Made by a program: the position numbers and the translations under genes. From contig JBHJGN010000046.1 of NCBI GenBank assembly GCA_050331735.1, positions 1-64,000 of the forward strand: 64,000 nucleotides of DNA, read 5' to 3'. Source of the stretch: Cyanophyceae cyanobacterium (GTDB lineage Bacteria; Cyanobacteriota; Cyanobacteriia; Cyanobacteriales; JBHJGN01). The notes under the pieces are model-generated. The model was not told the DNA's origin and made no database searches. It saw only the letters and a program-made list of their open reading frames with translations. Positions 1 to 10,714 of this stretch are shown one piece after another (positions within the stretch are counted from its first letter, which is position 1; each line of letters starts with the position of its first letter).

Positions 1-142
1 TTTTCCCCGTCTCCTTATAGGTCTGATTAGAGATCTTGAGCGCACGATTCCACCACCATCGACAGCAGCCCATTGCTTTTGCTAAGAGTTGCTGCTGTTC
101 AGGTTCAGGATAGATGCGGACTTTCTGAGTGACTCTAATCAT
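1..142 (-). CDS. tnpB: IS200/IS605-family TnpB (RNA-guided nuclease), N-terminal part only; runs off the window edge
   Basis: Manual translation MIRVTQKVRIYPEPEQQQLLAKAMGCCRWWWNRALKISNQTYKETGK matches the TnpB N-terminal HTH pattern (RIYP...GCCRWWWN). An alternative in-frame ATG lies at 151. Not in the ORF track. Confidence 0.9.
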   Translation of the reverse strand, partial: MIRVTQKVRIYPEPEQQQLLAKAMGCCRWWWNRALKISNQTYKETGK

Positions 143-236
143 ACTTACCATTATATACTAAAACGGTAAGTCGTAGCGTCGCTGTCCATCCCCTCCTTAC
201 TGCTTTGAAGAAGGGGATTTCCGCGACCTCTTGTTA
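1..236 (-). mobile_element. Left end of a tnpB-only (IS1341-like) IS200/IS605 element
   Basis: Imperfect hairpin ATCCCCTCCTT...AAGAAGGGGAT (~188-218) upstream of tnpB, with a TATAAT-like -10 just before the start codon. There is no room for tnpA before dacB. The exact end is estimated. Confidence 0.7.
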
Positions 237-274
237 AGGAAGACTAGTTCTGAGGCGATCGCTCCCCTCCGGCT

Positions 275-1699
275 TTAGCACTCTTTTAACTGTCCCAGCA
301 GAAGGGCAATGCGATCGAGCGCGGCTCGCTGCACGGCTGGTGGCTGGTGGGACTGGTTCAGCAAAATACTAAAGGCTAGGGGCGGATAGTGAGGAGGAGT
401 AAGATACCCAGCAAGGGCGGCAACGCCATTGAGGGTTCCCGTTTTAGCCTGCATGCCCTGGAGAGCGGTATTCTGAAACCGTCGCTTTAGAGTGCCGCTG
501 ACTCCCGCAACAGCAAGAGACTGCCGATACGAGTCCGCCTCTGAAGTTTGAGCCATTAATCTGAGGGTTTGGACCAGTGCTTGGGGACTGACTAAGTTGT
601 GTCGAGACAGTCCAGAACCATCGGCAAGTACGTAGCTGTCCGGGGCGACCCCCAGTGCCGTTAACTGCTGCTCAATTGTCTCGAAGCGATCGCCTCTCCT
701 GGCAAGGTGCTGAAGCAGCACCTCCGCAAACAAGTTATTGCTGGAGCGATTAATTTCCCCAATCAGTTCAGCCAGAGGCGGAGATTGAACAGCAGCTAAT
801 TCTACTCCTGGCGGACCAGCGACGGCGGTAATCCGAGCCTGCTCAACGGGAATGCCTGAACGCATCAGGAGGCGACGAAAAGTTTCCAAAAAGTAGCGAC
901 TGGGGTCGGCGATCGCTAACTGCCAAATATCCGGTGGCTCATCGAGCGCTAACTCCCCGGCGACCGTGAGAACGGGTTGACCCAGAACGCCAGAAATTTC
1001 GATGCCGGAGGTCGTGCCAGCGGGGGCAGTCGTGGCTTGGTTATCAATGCGCCACTGCTGCATTGCCACCGGATCGGAGCCAAGAATTTTGACGGGCTGA
1101 CCCAACTGCTGAGGCAGGAGGGTCAGGGTAAACGTATTCTGATTGAGAATGAGACTATTAACAGCAGAACCATAGTAGGCATAGACATCTTCCCACTCCC
1201 AGGTAGGATTGAGCCGAGGTCCACCGAGATAGCCCTCGGCAACTTCTAACTGCTTAATCCGCTGGATCCCTTGCTCCTGAAGCTGCTGAGCCAACTCTTG
1301 CAACTGCTCAGTCGTGAGGGTGGGGTCTCCTCGTCCCACAACCCGTAAAGAGGTTACAGTAGGAGATAGAATGCCGTAAACTGATGTCCGCATCTGAAAT
1401 GGGGAACCCAGTTCCAGCAAAGCAGCCGCTGTCGTCAGGAGCTTAACAGTAGAAGCCGGGATAAAGTAGTGCTCGCTGTTATGAGAGTATAGAGGGCGTT
1501 GAGACGCTAGCGGCTGTACCAAAATTCCCCAGCGGGCCCGCTCAAAGGGGGGCGCGGCGGTTACTGAGTCGATAGCGGCTGATAACTCAGCCGGACAAAG
1601 GGCTGGCGGTTCCGCTTCATCCGCAACCGCTTTGGGCATCGCGGACAATCCGCCCAGTGATCCTAAAAATAAGAGCCATTGTAAGAACAGAGTTAGCAT
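275..1699 (-). CDS. dacB: D-alanyl-D-alanine carboxypeptidase/endopeptidase (PBP4, peptidase S13)
   Basis: PASTVK (SxxK), SNN and KTGTL motifs; DGSGLSR; signal peptide. Confidence 0.93.
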   Translation of the reverse strand: MLTLFLQWLLFLGSLGGLSAMPKAVADEAEPPALCPAELSAAIDSVTAAPPFERARWGILVQPLASQRPLYSHNSEHYFIPASTVKLLTTAAALLELGSPFQMRTSVYGILSPTVTSLRVVGRGDPTLTTEQLQELAQQLQEQGIQRIKQLEVAEGYLGGPRLNPTWEWEDVYAYYGSAVNSLILNQNTFTLTLLPQQLGQPVKILGSDPVAMQQWRIDNQATTAPAGTTSGIEISGVLGQPVLTVAGELALDEPPDIWQLAIADPSRYFLETFRRLLMRSGIPVEQARITAVAGPPGVELAAVQSPPLAELIGEINRSSNNLFAEVLLQHLARRGDRFETIEQQLTALGVAPDSYVLADGSGLSRHNLVSPQALVQTLRLMAQTSEADSYRQSLAVAGVSGTLKRRFQNTALQGMQAKTGTLNGVAALAGYLTPPHYPPLAFSILLNQSHQPPAVQRAALDRIALLLGQLKEC

Positions 1700-1733
1700 C
1701 TACTATTTAATTAACGAAGGAGTTAGTCCAATT

Positions 1734-3083
1734 ATGAATTACGATTTTGACCTCTTTGTCCTCGGTGGCGGTTCCGGGGGAATTGCGACGGCAAGAAGGG
1801 CCGCAGAATACGGGGCCAAAGTGGGCTTGGCTGAATGTGATCGCTTAGGCGGCACCTGCGTTAATCGGGGCTGCATTCCCAAAAAGCTGATGGTGTACGC
1901 TTCTAATTTTCCGGAGCTGTTTCAGGATGCTCAAGGATACGGCTGGAGCGAAATTCACAGTACCTTTGACTGGAAAAAGCTGATCGTGGCCGTCGATCGC
2001 GAACTCGAGCGCCTCAACGGAGTCTACGCCCGCTTGCTCGATCGCAGCAGGGTCGCACTCTATCGCACCTACGGTCGTTTCCTCGATCCGCACACCATTG
2101 AGGTAGGAGACGAGAAAGTGACGGCCAACAAAATCCTCATTGCCGTTGGCGGTCATCCCGTGAAGCCCGAAATTCCCGGGATGGAATACATGATGATCTC
2201 TGACGAGATGTTTTACCTCGACAAACAACCCCAGCGCATTGCCATTGTTGGCGGTGGCTACATTGGGGTAGAATTTGCCTGCATTATGAACGGATTAGGG
2301 TCGGAAGTGACGCAGATTATTCGCAAAGATCTCATTCTAGACGGCTTTGATGACGATTTGCGCACCTCAATTCAGGAAGGAATGCAGCATCACGGCATTC
2401 GCTTCGTGACGGGCTCAACTATTGCCAAAATCGAGAAGACTGACGATGGCTTGAAGGTTTCCCTCAACAGCGATGACCAGCAAGATGTCGTCTTAGCCGA
2501 TGCCGTTGGGTTAGCCGCAACAGGTCGTCAGCCCAACCTGGAAAGTTTGGGGTTAGAAAATGCAGGGGTCGATACCGACCGCGGTGCTGTAGCCGTCAAT
2601 CAGTGGAGTCAAACGAATCAAGAGCACATATTTGCCGTTGGAGACTGCACCAATCGCGTCAACTTAACTCCGGTGGCGATCGATGAAGGTCGTGCCTTTG
2701 CCGATACGGTGTTCAATGGGCGCGATCGCCACACCACCTACGATAATATTCCGACGGCTGTTTTCTCCACTCCCGAAGCCGCCACGGTGGGGTTAACTGA
2801 AGCCGAGGCGCGGCAGCAGTACGGAGAGGCGCTCAAAGTGTATAAGTCTCGCTTTAAGTCTACCTATCACAGCCTCAGCGGTCGGGACGAGAGAACAATG
2901 ATGAAGCTGATTGTGCATCACGAGACGGATCGGGTGCTCGGTGCCCATATGGTGGGCGAACACGCCGCTGAAGTGATTCAAGGAGTGGCGATCGCTCTCA
3001 AAATGGGAGCCAAAAAAGCTGATTTTGATGCCACAATCGGCATCCATCCGACCGCTGCTGAAGAATTTGTGACGATGCGCTAA
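1734..3083 (+). CDS. gor: Glutathione-disulfide reductase
   Basis: GGGSGG, GGTCVNRGCIPKK and C-terminal HPTAAEE motifs. Start moved to MNYDFDLF, downstream of an AGGAG-like site. Confidence 0.95.
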   Translation: MNYDFDLFVLGGGSGGIATARRAAEYGAKVGLAECDRLGGTCVNRGCIPKKLMVYASNFPELFQDAQGYGWSEIHSTFDWKKLIVAVDRELERLNGVYARLLDRSRVALYRTYGRFLDPHTIEVGDEKVTANKILIAVGGHPVKPEIPGMEYMMISDEMFYLDKQPQRIAIVGGGYIGVEFACIMNGLGSEVTQIIRKDLILDGFDDDLRTSIQEGMQHHGIRFVTGSTIAKIEKTDDGLKVSLNSDDQQDVVLADAVGLAATGRQPNLESLGLENAGVDTDRGAVAVNQWSQTNQEHIFAVGDCTNRVNLTPVAIDEGRAFADTVFNGRDRHTTYDNIPTAVFSTPEAATVGLTEAEARQQYGEALKVYKSRFKSTYHSLSGRDERTMMKLIVHHETDRVLGAHMVGEHAAEVIQGVAIALKMGAKKADFDATIGIHPTAAEEFVTMR

Positions 3084-3184
3084 GGGACTGTTCATTTGCT
3101 CCCGCTATGGCCAGAAAATCGGGTATCGATTAAGCTATGATCCAAGCCTAATTTATTTACTGTTGTCTACCCGTTGTGTTTGCA

Positions 3185-4312
3185 ATGTTTGATTGTATTA
3201 TTGTTGGGGCCGGTCCTGCTGGGGCAACTGCTGCGTATCATCTAGCCAAACGAGGGCACACTGTTCTTGTCCTCGAGAAAGAGACCTTTCCTCGCTCAAA
3301 GCCCTGTGGTGGAGGTGTCTCTCCAGCGGTTGCTCAATGGTTCGACTTTGACTTTACTCCGGTGATTGACAATACCGTGACAAAGGTACACTACTCCTGG
3401 AAGCAGGGAGACGCGATAGAGGTTCATCTTAAAGGAATCGAACCAATGTGGATGGTCAGACGCGAGAGTTTTGACCATTTTTTAATCAAGCAGGCTCTAG
3501 AGCAGGGAGCTGAACTGCGAGAGGCAACGGCAGTGACGGCTATTGCTCCCCAGAGTGATGGGTGGCAGATCGCGACAACGGACGGGAACTTGATGGCTTC
3601 CTACCTAATTGCCGCTGATGGAGTGAATGGTCCCCTCGCCGAGTGGTTGGGGTTAGAGGGCGGACAGCGGTCTCCAGGAGCAACGTTAGAGATAGAGGCT
3701 GCCGTTCCGCCAGAGCAGCAGCATACTGCCTTTTTTGAGTTTGGCGCTTTTAAAAACGGCTACATTTGGAATTTTCCTAAATCCGACGGCTATTCAATTA
3801 GTGCGGGATTTTTCCGAGGCAACAAGGGCAAACCAGAAGAACTGAAGCAGCAGTTGACTAAGTATGCTGAGCAATTTGGTGCTAAGGGCACGAGCCGCTA
3901 TTCGCAGTACTTTTTGAAACTGTGGTCTGACCCCCCAAAGATGCACACTCATAGAGCGCTGGTGGCTGGTGAGGCGGCAGGGATTCTCGATCCGCTCATT
4001 GGCGAGGGCAACCGTCCGGCGATGTTGACGGGGTTAAAAGCAGCAGAAGCGATTTCTTCGGCGCTCGCCGGACAAGAGGCGCTCGCAGAGTACACAGAAA
4101 TCATTAACAGCGAGTGGGGAGCTGATATGGTACTTTCCCAGCGGCTGGCGGGGCTATTTTATCAATTCCCTAAAATTGCTTACAAAGTCGGCGTTAAACG
4201 ACCAGCAGCAGCTCAAGTGATGGGAAAGATTCTCTGTGGAGAACTGCGCTACAGCGACGTCACTGACCAGGCCGTGAAAAAGCTTAAGAAAAGCTTAATC
4301 CCAGGGTTTTAG
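3185..4312 (+). CDS. Geranylgeranyl reductase family FAD-dependent oxidoreductase
   Basis: GAGPAG, KPCGGG, GYIWNFPK and GEAAG motifs. Confidence 0.88.
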   Translation: MFDCIIVGAGPAGATAAYHLAKRGHTVLVLEKETFPRSKPCGGGVSPAVAQWFDFDFTPVIDNTVTKVHYSWKQGDAIEVHLKGIEPMWMVRRESFDHFLIKQALEQGAELREATAVTAIAPQSDGWQIATTDGNLMASYLIAADGVNGPLAEWLGLEGGQRSPGATLEIEAAVPPEQQHTAFFEFGAFKNGYIWNFPKSDGYSISAGFFRGNKGKPEELKQQLTKYAEQFGAKGTSRYSQYFLKLWSDPPKMHTHRALVAGEAAGILDPLIGEGNRPAMLTGLKAAEAISSALAGQEALAEYTEIINSEWGADMVLSQRLAGLFYQFPKIAYKVGVKRPAAAQVMGKILCGELRYSDVTDQAVKKLKKSLIPGF

Positions 4313-4522
4313 CGTTCAGGATGTCGGCGGACAGGCCGGTGGGAATGGAGCCACAACAGCTCCTCCCATCACTGCACTCGGGAGCCGGAGGAGCGGAAGC
4401 GTTCCTGCTAGCCATCCTTCTTCAGGCGAACGCAGCTTCTCGGGAGCATTCGTTAGAATAGACCCACAAGAAGATAATCAAGCAATTTTTGTTAGCAATT
4501 TACCAAGGCGATTATTGTCATA

Positions 4523-5746
4523 ATGGGTTACGGCTCTATTGGTCAATCAGCATCTAAAAGCAGAGTTTTAGTAGTGGATGATTCCCTCGATAATTTACTA
4601 CTCATTCAAGGAATTTTAGAAGCAGAAGGCCAAGAAATTATCCTGGCCAAAGATGGCTCAACAGCGCTCGAATTAGTCAAGCAAAATCCTCCCCATCTCA
4701 TTTTGCTAGATGTCATGATGCCAGAAATGGATGGATTTGAGGTTACTCGGCGCATTCGGGAAAATCGCAAGCTGCCGTTTATTCCGATTCTGCTGATTAC
4801 GGCCTACGACCAGCCCAGCGCTGTGCGAGCATTAGATGGCGGCGCAGACGACTTTATTCGCAAGCCTGTCGATGTTGATGAACTCCTCGCGCGAGTGCGA
4901 TCGCTGCTGCGCCTCAAGCATAGCGTTGACGAAAAAGAGCAGATGGCTCTTCAGCGAGAAGATTTTGTCTCCCGGTTAACCCACGACCTGCGGACCCCTC
5001 TTGTAGCGGCAGAGCGGATGTTGGAATTAGTCGAGCAAGGGGCACTAGGATCCTTATCGCCTTCTCTACACGAAGCCATCGCCACCATGCATCGCAGCAA
5101 TCACAACTTACTGGCCATGGTTAATACTCTACTAGAAGTTTATCGCTACGAAGCGGGGCGAAAAACCTTCAATTTCTCCCAGGTAGATCTACAGGTTTTA
5201 GTGGCAGAGGTGGTTCAAGAATTGGCAGCCATTGCCGACGTTAAAGGACTAACTTTGAGCATCGAGCGAGAAGGCAATGGCAAGGCCGTCTCACAGACAA
5301 CCGTCAACGGTGGCAGCAATGCTAAATTTGTCGTCTTGGGCGATCGCCTAGAGTTGCGGCGACTGATGACTAATATCATCGGGAACGGCTTAAAATTTAC
5401 GAATCAAGGCTCGGTCACGGTACATTTAACAACCAAAAGCGATTTAGAGCTGCGGTCTTGGGTCGTTGTCTCCGTGCAAGATACGGGACCAGGAATCTCT
5501 GACGCAGAACAGGCAGTTCTGTTCGAGCGTTTTCGCACCGGTCGTCATAAAGAGGTTGGCAGCGGTTTGGGCTTGCACCTCTCTCGCCAGATTGCCGAAG
5601 CTCATCAAGGGCACATTGAGGTGCAGTCAACCTTGGGTCAAGGGAGTGTATTTGTTGTTTATCTACCGGCTCAACGTTTTGGTCACTCATTGTCCTGCCA
5701 GGAAGAGGAAGGGAGTCTTCGCGATCTTGACCCCCAATTCAAGTAA
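4523..5746 (+). CDS. Hybrid response regulator / sensor histidine kinase
   Basis: Receiver domain (VVDD, LLDVMMP), H-box THDLRTPL, and N/G boxes. Confidence 0.93.
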   Translation: MGYGSIGQSASKSRVLVVDDSLDNLLLIQGILEAEGQEIILAKDGSTALELVKQNPPHLILLDVMMPEMDGFEVTRRIRENRKLPFIPILLITAYDQPSAVRALDGGADDFIRKPVDVDELLARVRSLLRLKHSVDEKEQMALQREDFVSRLTHDLRTPLVAAERMLELVEQGALGSLSPSLHEAIATMHRSNHNLLAMVNTLLEVYRYEAGRKTFNFSQVDLQVLVAEVVQELAAIADVKGLTLSIEREGNGKAVSQTTVNGGSNAKFVVLGDRLELRRLMTNIIGNGLKFTNQGSVTVHLTTKSDLELRSWVVVSVQDTGPGISDAEQAVLFERFRTGRHKEVGSGLGLHLSRQIAEAHQGHIEVQSTLGQGSVFVVYLPAQRFGHSLSCQEEEGSLRDLDPQFK

Positions 5747-6019
5747 TTTCGGATCAGCTACGGGGTATGGAGTTCAATTGGGCCGCATAATTTTGCCTAG
5801 AGCAACAGGTTTTCGGGGAGTGGGAAACGGTTTAGAGAGAACAGAAACTCGCCTTCAGTTTGTAACAGATATCTAAAGCACTTGCTATCCCTTAAGACTA
5901 CGGCCAAATATCAATCCTGAGCTTGAGTCAATTATCAAGCTTGCTTAAACATTAAATCATCAACGTTTACAGCATTTTGGTACATTGGCAGAGAAATCAT
6001 TCGTTGCTTTCCAATCGCT

Positions 6020-7468
6020 ATGGCATCTATCCGCGAGCTGCACCAACAACTAGTTAATAAAGAACGTTCTGCTGTGGAGATTACCACGGAAGCGTTGACT
6101 CGAATTAAAGAACTAGAGCCAAAAGTCCACAGCTTTTTACAGATAACGACAGAGATAGCGTTAGCAACAGCCCAACAGGTGGATGCTAAAATTGCCGCCG
6201 GAGAGGAAATTAGCCTGCTCTCGGGGATTCCCCTGGGAGTTAAAGACAACCTGTGTACTCAGGGCATTCAGACTACCTGTGCCTCGCCTATTCTCGAAAA
6301 CTTTGTGCCTCCCTATGAGTCGACCGTCACCCAAAAACTGAAAGAGTCTGGAGCGGTTATGGTGGGCAAAACGAACCTAGACGAGTTTGCCATGGGCAGC
6401 TCGACTGAAAATTCTGGGTTTCAGGTGACGGCCAATCCTTGGGATTTATCCCGGGTTCCTGGAGGCTCTTCCGGCGGTTCTGCCGCCGCCGTAGCCGCCG
6501 GAGAATGCCCGATCGCGCTCGGCTCAGATACGGGCGGTTCGATTCGTCAGCCCGCCTCTTTGTGCGGCGTCGTCGGGATGAAGCCGACCTATGGCTTAGT
6601 GTCTCGGTATGGCTTGGTGGCTTTTGCCTCCTCGTTAGATCAAATTGGTCCCTTGGCCCGCACGGTAGAAGATGCCGCTATCTTACTGAGGGCGATCGCC
6701 GGACACGACCCAAAAGATTCTACTAGCATCAGAACTCAAATTCCTGACTACACTCAGTTCCTCACGCCCAAATTGAGCGAAGGTCTGAAAATTGGCGTGA
6801 TTCAAGAAACGTTGGGCGAAGGCATTAATACTGAAGTAGCCAGCATCGTTACTCAAGCAATTGAGCAGCTCAAAACGTTAGGAGCTCAGGTGCAGGAAGT
6901 TTCCTGTCCTCGCTTCCGCTATGGTGTCCCTGCTTACTATATCATTGCGCCTTCGGAAGCCAGTGCCAACTTGGCTCGTTACGATGCCGTCAAGTATGGT
7001 TGTCGTGAAGATGGAGATAACCTGCTGTCGATGTATACTAGAACTCGCGCCAGAGGCTTTGGCAAGGAAGTTAAACGCCGGATTATGGTAGGAACTTATG
7101 CGCTTTCCGCTGGCTATTACGATGCCTACTACCTCAAAGCTCAAAAAGTGCGCACCCTAATCAAGCAGGATTTTGAAGCCGCCTTTGAGCAGGTCGATGT
7201 TTTGGTGTGTCCGACTTCTCCCGCCACGGCCTTTAAAGCCGGGGAAAAAACCAACGATCCGCTGAGCATGTATCTACTCGATCTGATGACGATTCCGGTT
7301 AATCTAGCAGGACTGCCAGCGATTAGTATTCCCTGTGGGTTCGATCGTCAGGGATTACCAGTCGGTCTTCAGATCATCGGTAAGGTGCTGCGCGAAGATT
7401 TACTCTTTCACGTGGCCCATGCCTACGAGCAGTCCACCGACTGGCATCAGCAAGTGCCAACGCTATGA
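6020..7468 (+). CDS. gatA: Asp/Glu-tRNA amidotransferase subunit A
   Basis: [33 protein letters not shown]. Confidence 0.97.
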   Translation: MASIRELHQQLVNKERSAVEITTEALTRIKELEPKVHSFLQITTEIALATAQQVDAKIAAGEEISLLSGIPLGVKDNLCTQGIQTTCASPILENFVPPYESTVTQKLKESGAVMVGKTNLDEFAMGSSTENSGFQVTANPWDLSRVPGGSSGGSAAAVAAGECPIALGSDTGGSIRQPASLCGVVGMKPTYGLVSRYGLVAFASSLDQIGPLARTVEDAAILLRAIAGHDPKDSTSIRTQIPDYTQFLTPKLSEGLKIGVIQETLGEGINTEVASIVTQAIEQLKTLGAQVQEVSCPRFRYGVPAYYIIAPSEASANLARYDAVKYGCREDGDNLLSMYTRTRARGFGKEVKRRIMVGTYALSAGYYDAYYLKAQKVRTLIKQDFEAAFEQVDVLVCPTSPATAFKAGEKTNDPLSMYLLDLMTIPVNLAGLPAISIPCGFDRQGLPVGLQIIGKVLREDLLFHVAHAYEQSTDWHQQVPTL

Positions 7469-7474
7469 GGGGAA

Positions 7475-7487
7475 ATCTCTTCGAGGT
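7475..7487. repeat. Mini-hairpin repeat (degenerate copy)
   Basis: ATCTC-TTC-GAGGT (one T.G pair) followed by TGGGAAAAGGGG, just after the gatA stop. Confidence 0.4.
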
Positions 7488-7706
7488 TGGGAAAAGGGGC
7501 AAAGGCGATTTATTGGTCCTTCTATTCTCGCTATCTGCTCTTTTGTCCTCGGTAAGAGCGCAGGCCAGTAACTAGGAGAGAACTCGCTAGAATTAAGTCA
7601 GTAGATTTACAAGCGTGAACGCGACTAAGCTGTAGCTCAGCTAACAATGGTGCTTGTTTGCGTCTGCTAATTACTGTTGAGTAGCAACTATCCCTAGAAA
7701 TAATCT

Positions 7707-8624
7707 TTGATGTCCTACTTACTGAGAATCTTGTTAACAGTTGTTGGAGGTGGGGCGATCGCGTATGCTGCTTTGTGTACCTTTATGGTGGTGCGGCAAA
7801 GGCAGCTCATTTTTCTACCCGTATCGGCTCTCGAACAAACTCCCGATGCTTTAGGAATTCCCTACGAGGAGGTGTGGCTGCCGGTAACGCCTGAGCACAG
7901 TGAACGGATTCATGGCTGGTGGCTAGCCAACGCCTCCACGGCTGATGTCCTGCTCTATCTTCATGGCAACAGCTCCAATATCAGCGTTAACCTTAGCCAA
8001 GCTCAGCGCTACTATCAGCTTGGGTTTTCGGTGCTGCTGATTGACTATCGCGGTTTTGGTTTAAGCGAGGGCCGTTTTCCAAGCGAAACCCAGGTGTATC
8101 AGGATGCTCAAGCGGCTTGGGAGTATCTTGTTCAGAAGCGCCACATCGAGCCGCACCGGATTTTCCTTTACGGACATTCGTTGGGAGGAGCGATCGCTAT
8201 TGATTTAGCGACCCGTCATCCAGAAGCAGCCGGGTTAATTGTCGAAGGGACGTTTACCTCCATGCGCGACATGGCCAAGTACCGCCGCCGATTTGAATGG
8301 TTGCCCGTTAATTTACTGCTGACTCAGCGATTCGACTCCATCCATAAAATTAAGTCGCTCCAGACTCCGCTGCTGCTGATTCACGGTAGCGATGACTTAG
8401 TGGTTCCAATGCACATGAGTCAAGATTTGTATGCAGCAGCCACCGGGACTAAAACCCTCTTCATCGTGCCCGGAGCCGGACATAATAATGCTGCCTCCGT
8501 TGGCGCAGCACAGTATCTCCAGACGGTTCGAGAGTTTTACCTGTCCCTGCGGGATGGGGAAAGGGGAAAGGGAAAATTGTCGCTCTGCGACGGGCAAAGA
8601 ACACAGGAGCGAGGAATAGGCTGA
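7707..8624 (+). CDS. Alpha/beta hydrolase (ABHD17/BEM46-like)
   Basis: LYLHGN, DYRGFG, GHSLGG, IHGSDD and GAGHNN motifs; N-terminal TM helix; the C-terminal tail runs through repeat DNA. Confidence 0.9.
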   Translation: MMSYLLRILLTVVGGGAIAYAALCTFMVVRQRQLIFLPVSALEQTPDALGIPYEEVWLPVTPEHSERIHGWWLANASTADVLLYLHGNSSNISVNLSQAQRYYQLGFSVLLIDYRGFGLSEGRFPSETQVYQDAQAAWEYLVQKRHIEPHRIFLYGHSLGGAIAIDLATRHPEAAGLIVEGTFTSMRDMAKYRRRFEWLPVNLLLTQRFDSIHKIKSLQTPLLLIHGSDDLVVPMHMSQDLYAAATGTKTLFIVPGAGHNNAASVGAAQYLQTVREFYLSLRDGERGKGKLSLCDGQRTQERGIG

Positions 8625-8688
8625 GTCCCCCCCCCTTGGCCCCTTTCCCGCAGCTTCGCTGCTTCCCCACGCCGCAGGCGCTTTGCCC
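8543..8688. repeat. Cluster of four 13-nt mini-hairpins in GGGGAAA/TTTCCCC tracts
   Basis: GTCCC-TGC-GGGAT 8543, GTCGC-TCT-GCGAC 8579, GCAGC-TTC-GCTGC 8650, ACGCC-GCA-GGCGC 8669. Confidence 0.7.
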
Positions 8689-8752
8689 TGAGTTGCCTTG
8701 CTAAAGGGGCAAGAATCTGTATGCTAGATCAGGGATAAGCTGCTAGGAACTG

Positions 8753-10195
8753 ATGGAGATTAACACGCCAGACTGGGTCAAACACGCCGTTTTCTATCAA
8801 ATCTTTCCAGACCGCTTTGCTAGAAGCCAGCAGCCCTGTCGGGGGCGCTGGCAAACGACTAAATTAGAAGCCTGGGACTCTCCGCCAACCTATGAAGGCT
8901 ACAAGGGCGGCGACCTGTGGGGGGTACTAGAGAAGCTAGACTACCTCCAGGATTTGGGCATTAATGCCATTTACCTCAATCCGATCTTTCAGTCTGCTTC
9001 TAACCATCGCTACCATACCCACGACTACTATCAAGTCGATCCGATGCTGGGAGGAAATCGCGCCTTTGATGAGTTGTTAGCAGCCGCTCACCAGCGTGGC
9101 ATTAAAGTCATTCTCGATGGCGTGTTTAACCATGCGAGTCGGGGGTTTTTCTTCTTTAACGATATTTTAGAAAATGGTCCCCATTCTCCCTGGCTAGATT
9201 GGTTTCAAATTGAAGACTGGCCCCTGTCGGCCTATGATGGCAGTAAGCCTGCTAACTATGTTAGCTGGGTGAATAACCGCGCTCTGCCTCAGTTTAATCA
9301 TGCGAATCCGCAAGCCAGAGAGTATTTGATGCAGGTTGGAGAATACTGGATTGAGCGCGGGATCGATGGTTGGCGACTGGATGTGCCTCTAGAGGTGAAG
9401 CATCCGGGGTTTTGGGAAGAGTTTCGCACTCGCATTAAGGCGCTCAATCCGGAAGCCTATATCGTTGGGGAAATTTGGGAAGACTCTAGCCTGTGGTTGG
9501 ACGGCACTAAATTTGACGCAGTGATGAACTATCTATTCACTGCTGCGACGATCGCGTTTACCGCTGGCGATCGCGTGATTCGAGAACACGTGGAAGCGCC
9601 GGCTTACTCTCCCTATCCGGCTCAATCGGCTCAGGAATACAGCCAGGAGATGCAAAAGCTGCTGGCTCTTTATCCCTGGCCCATTCAACTGGTGCAGCTT
9701 AACTTACTGGCAAGTCACGATACCGCACGGTTGCTCACCATTGCCGGAGGCGATCGCGCGAGTGTTGAACTGGCAACTTTGTTGCTGATGACGTTTCCTG
9801 GTGCGCCCAGCATTTACTACGGCGATGAGGTGGGTTTACCAGGAGCTTTCGATCCCGACTGTCGCCGCGGATTTCCTCGGCAAGCAGATTGGGATTTGAA
9901 GTTCCTGCACATTCACAAACGTCTGATTGCCCTGCGCCATCAGTATCGTGCTCTCCGCATCGGGACGTATCGTTCGCTGTATGCCGATGAAGCCGTTTAT
10001 GTCTTTGCGCGCACTCTCGATCGAGAAACTGCGCTCGTTGCTGTCAATGTCGGTATGTCAGGGGCAACGGTGCGGTTGGCAGCAGATTTACCAACTCGTC
10101 CAGAGCAGGTGCTTTACGGGAACGCTCAAGTGAGCCGTCATGATACTCAGCTAGAAATCAAGCTTCCCCCCCGTTCCGGCTGCGTGATTGGCTAA
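8753..10195 (+). CDS. GH13 neopullulanase/cyclomaltodextrinase-like alpha-amylase
   Basis: FYQIFPDRF, DGVFNH, GWRLDV, GEIW and SHDT motifs. Confidence 0.92.
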   Translation: MEINTPDWVKHAVFYQIFPDRFARSQQPCRGRWQTTKLEAWDSPPTYEGYKGGDLWGVLEKLDYLQDLGINAIYLNPIFQSASNHRYHTHDYYQVDPMLGGNRAFDELLAAAHQRGIKVILDGVFNHASRGFFFFNDILENGPHSPWLDWFQIEDWPLSAYDGSKPANYVSWVNNRALPQFNHANPQAREYLMQVGEYWIERGIDGWRLDVPLEVKHPGFWEEFRTRIKALNPEAYIVGEIWEDSSLWLDGTKFDAVMNYLFTAATIAFTAGDRVIREHVEAPAYSPYPAQSAQEYSQEMQKLLALYPWPIQLVQLNLLASHDTARLLTIAGGDRASVELATLLLMTFPGAPSIYYGDEVGLPGAFDPDCRRGFPRQADWDLKFLHIHKRLIALRHQYRALRIGTYRSLYADEAVYVFARTLDRETALVAVNVGMSGATVRLAADLPTRPEQVLYGNAQVSRHDTQLEIKLPPRSGCVIG

Positions 10196-10714
10196 ACGAG
10201 TGTGAATGAGGGCTGATGCCGCTGCTGGGAATTGAGAAGGGCAAGCGCATCGCTACTCCTGGTTGAGAGGCGGAGGTAAAAACTAGCCGATTTGCGCACT
10301 ATGAATCTAAAAAAGTGGTTTTTCCCCATTCGGGCTCAGTTTTTGTGAGAAAAGTCTGTCTAAAAGTAAGCTTCGACCTGGGAGAGATTTGTGAACTTTT
10401 TTCTGTTTGATACGATAGTTAGCAGGTAAGATTAAAAGTAAGTTTGTTGGCACTGCTCAATCGATAGAAGTTTTGCTAGACGGATGTACTTTGGTTGGCA
10501 AATTCCCACTGCAAGCTGCCGTTCGTTGAATCTGATTCTATGGGGGTCTTTCTTCAAGCAGCACTTTTGAACAGTGATGGGTATGGTGTCAAAAACGGGT
10601 AATTTAATGGCAAAAATGCGAGCCTGAGCACGAGCGTTCCACCAGTTTACTGAGCCAAAAAACAGCAGAATCTGCCGTCAAGCTTCGCAAGAACCTGTTA
10701 ATTTTAGCTATACC

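Noticed and set aside
10196..10714. Long intergenic region as a possible ncRNA
   Set aside because: I could not identify a recognisable RNA motif, strong structure or terminator.
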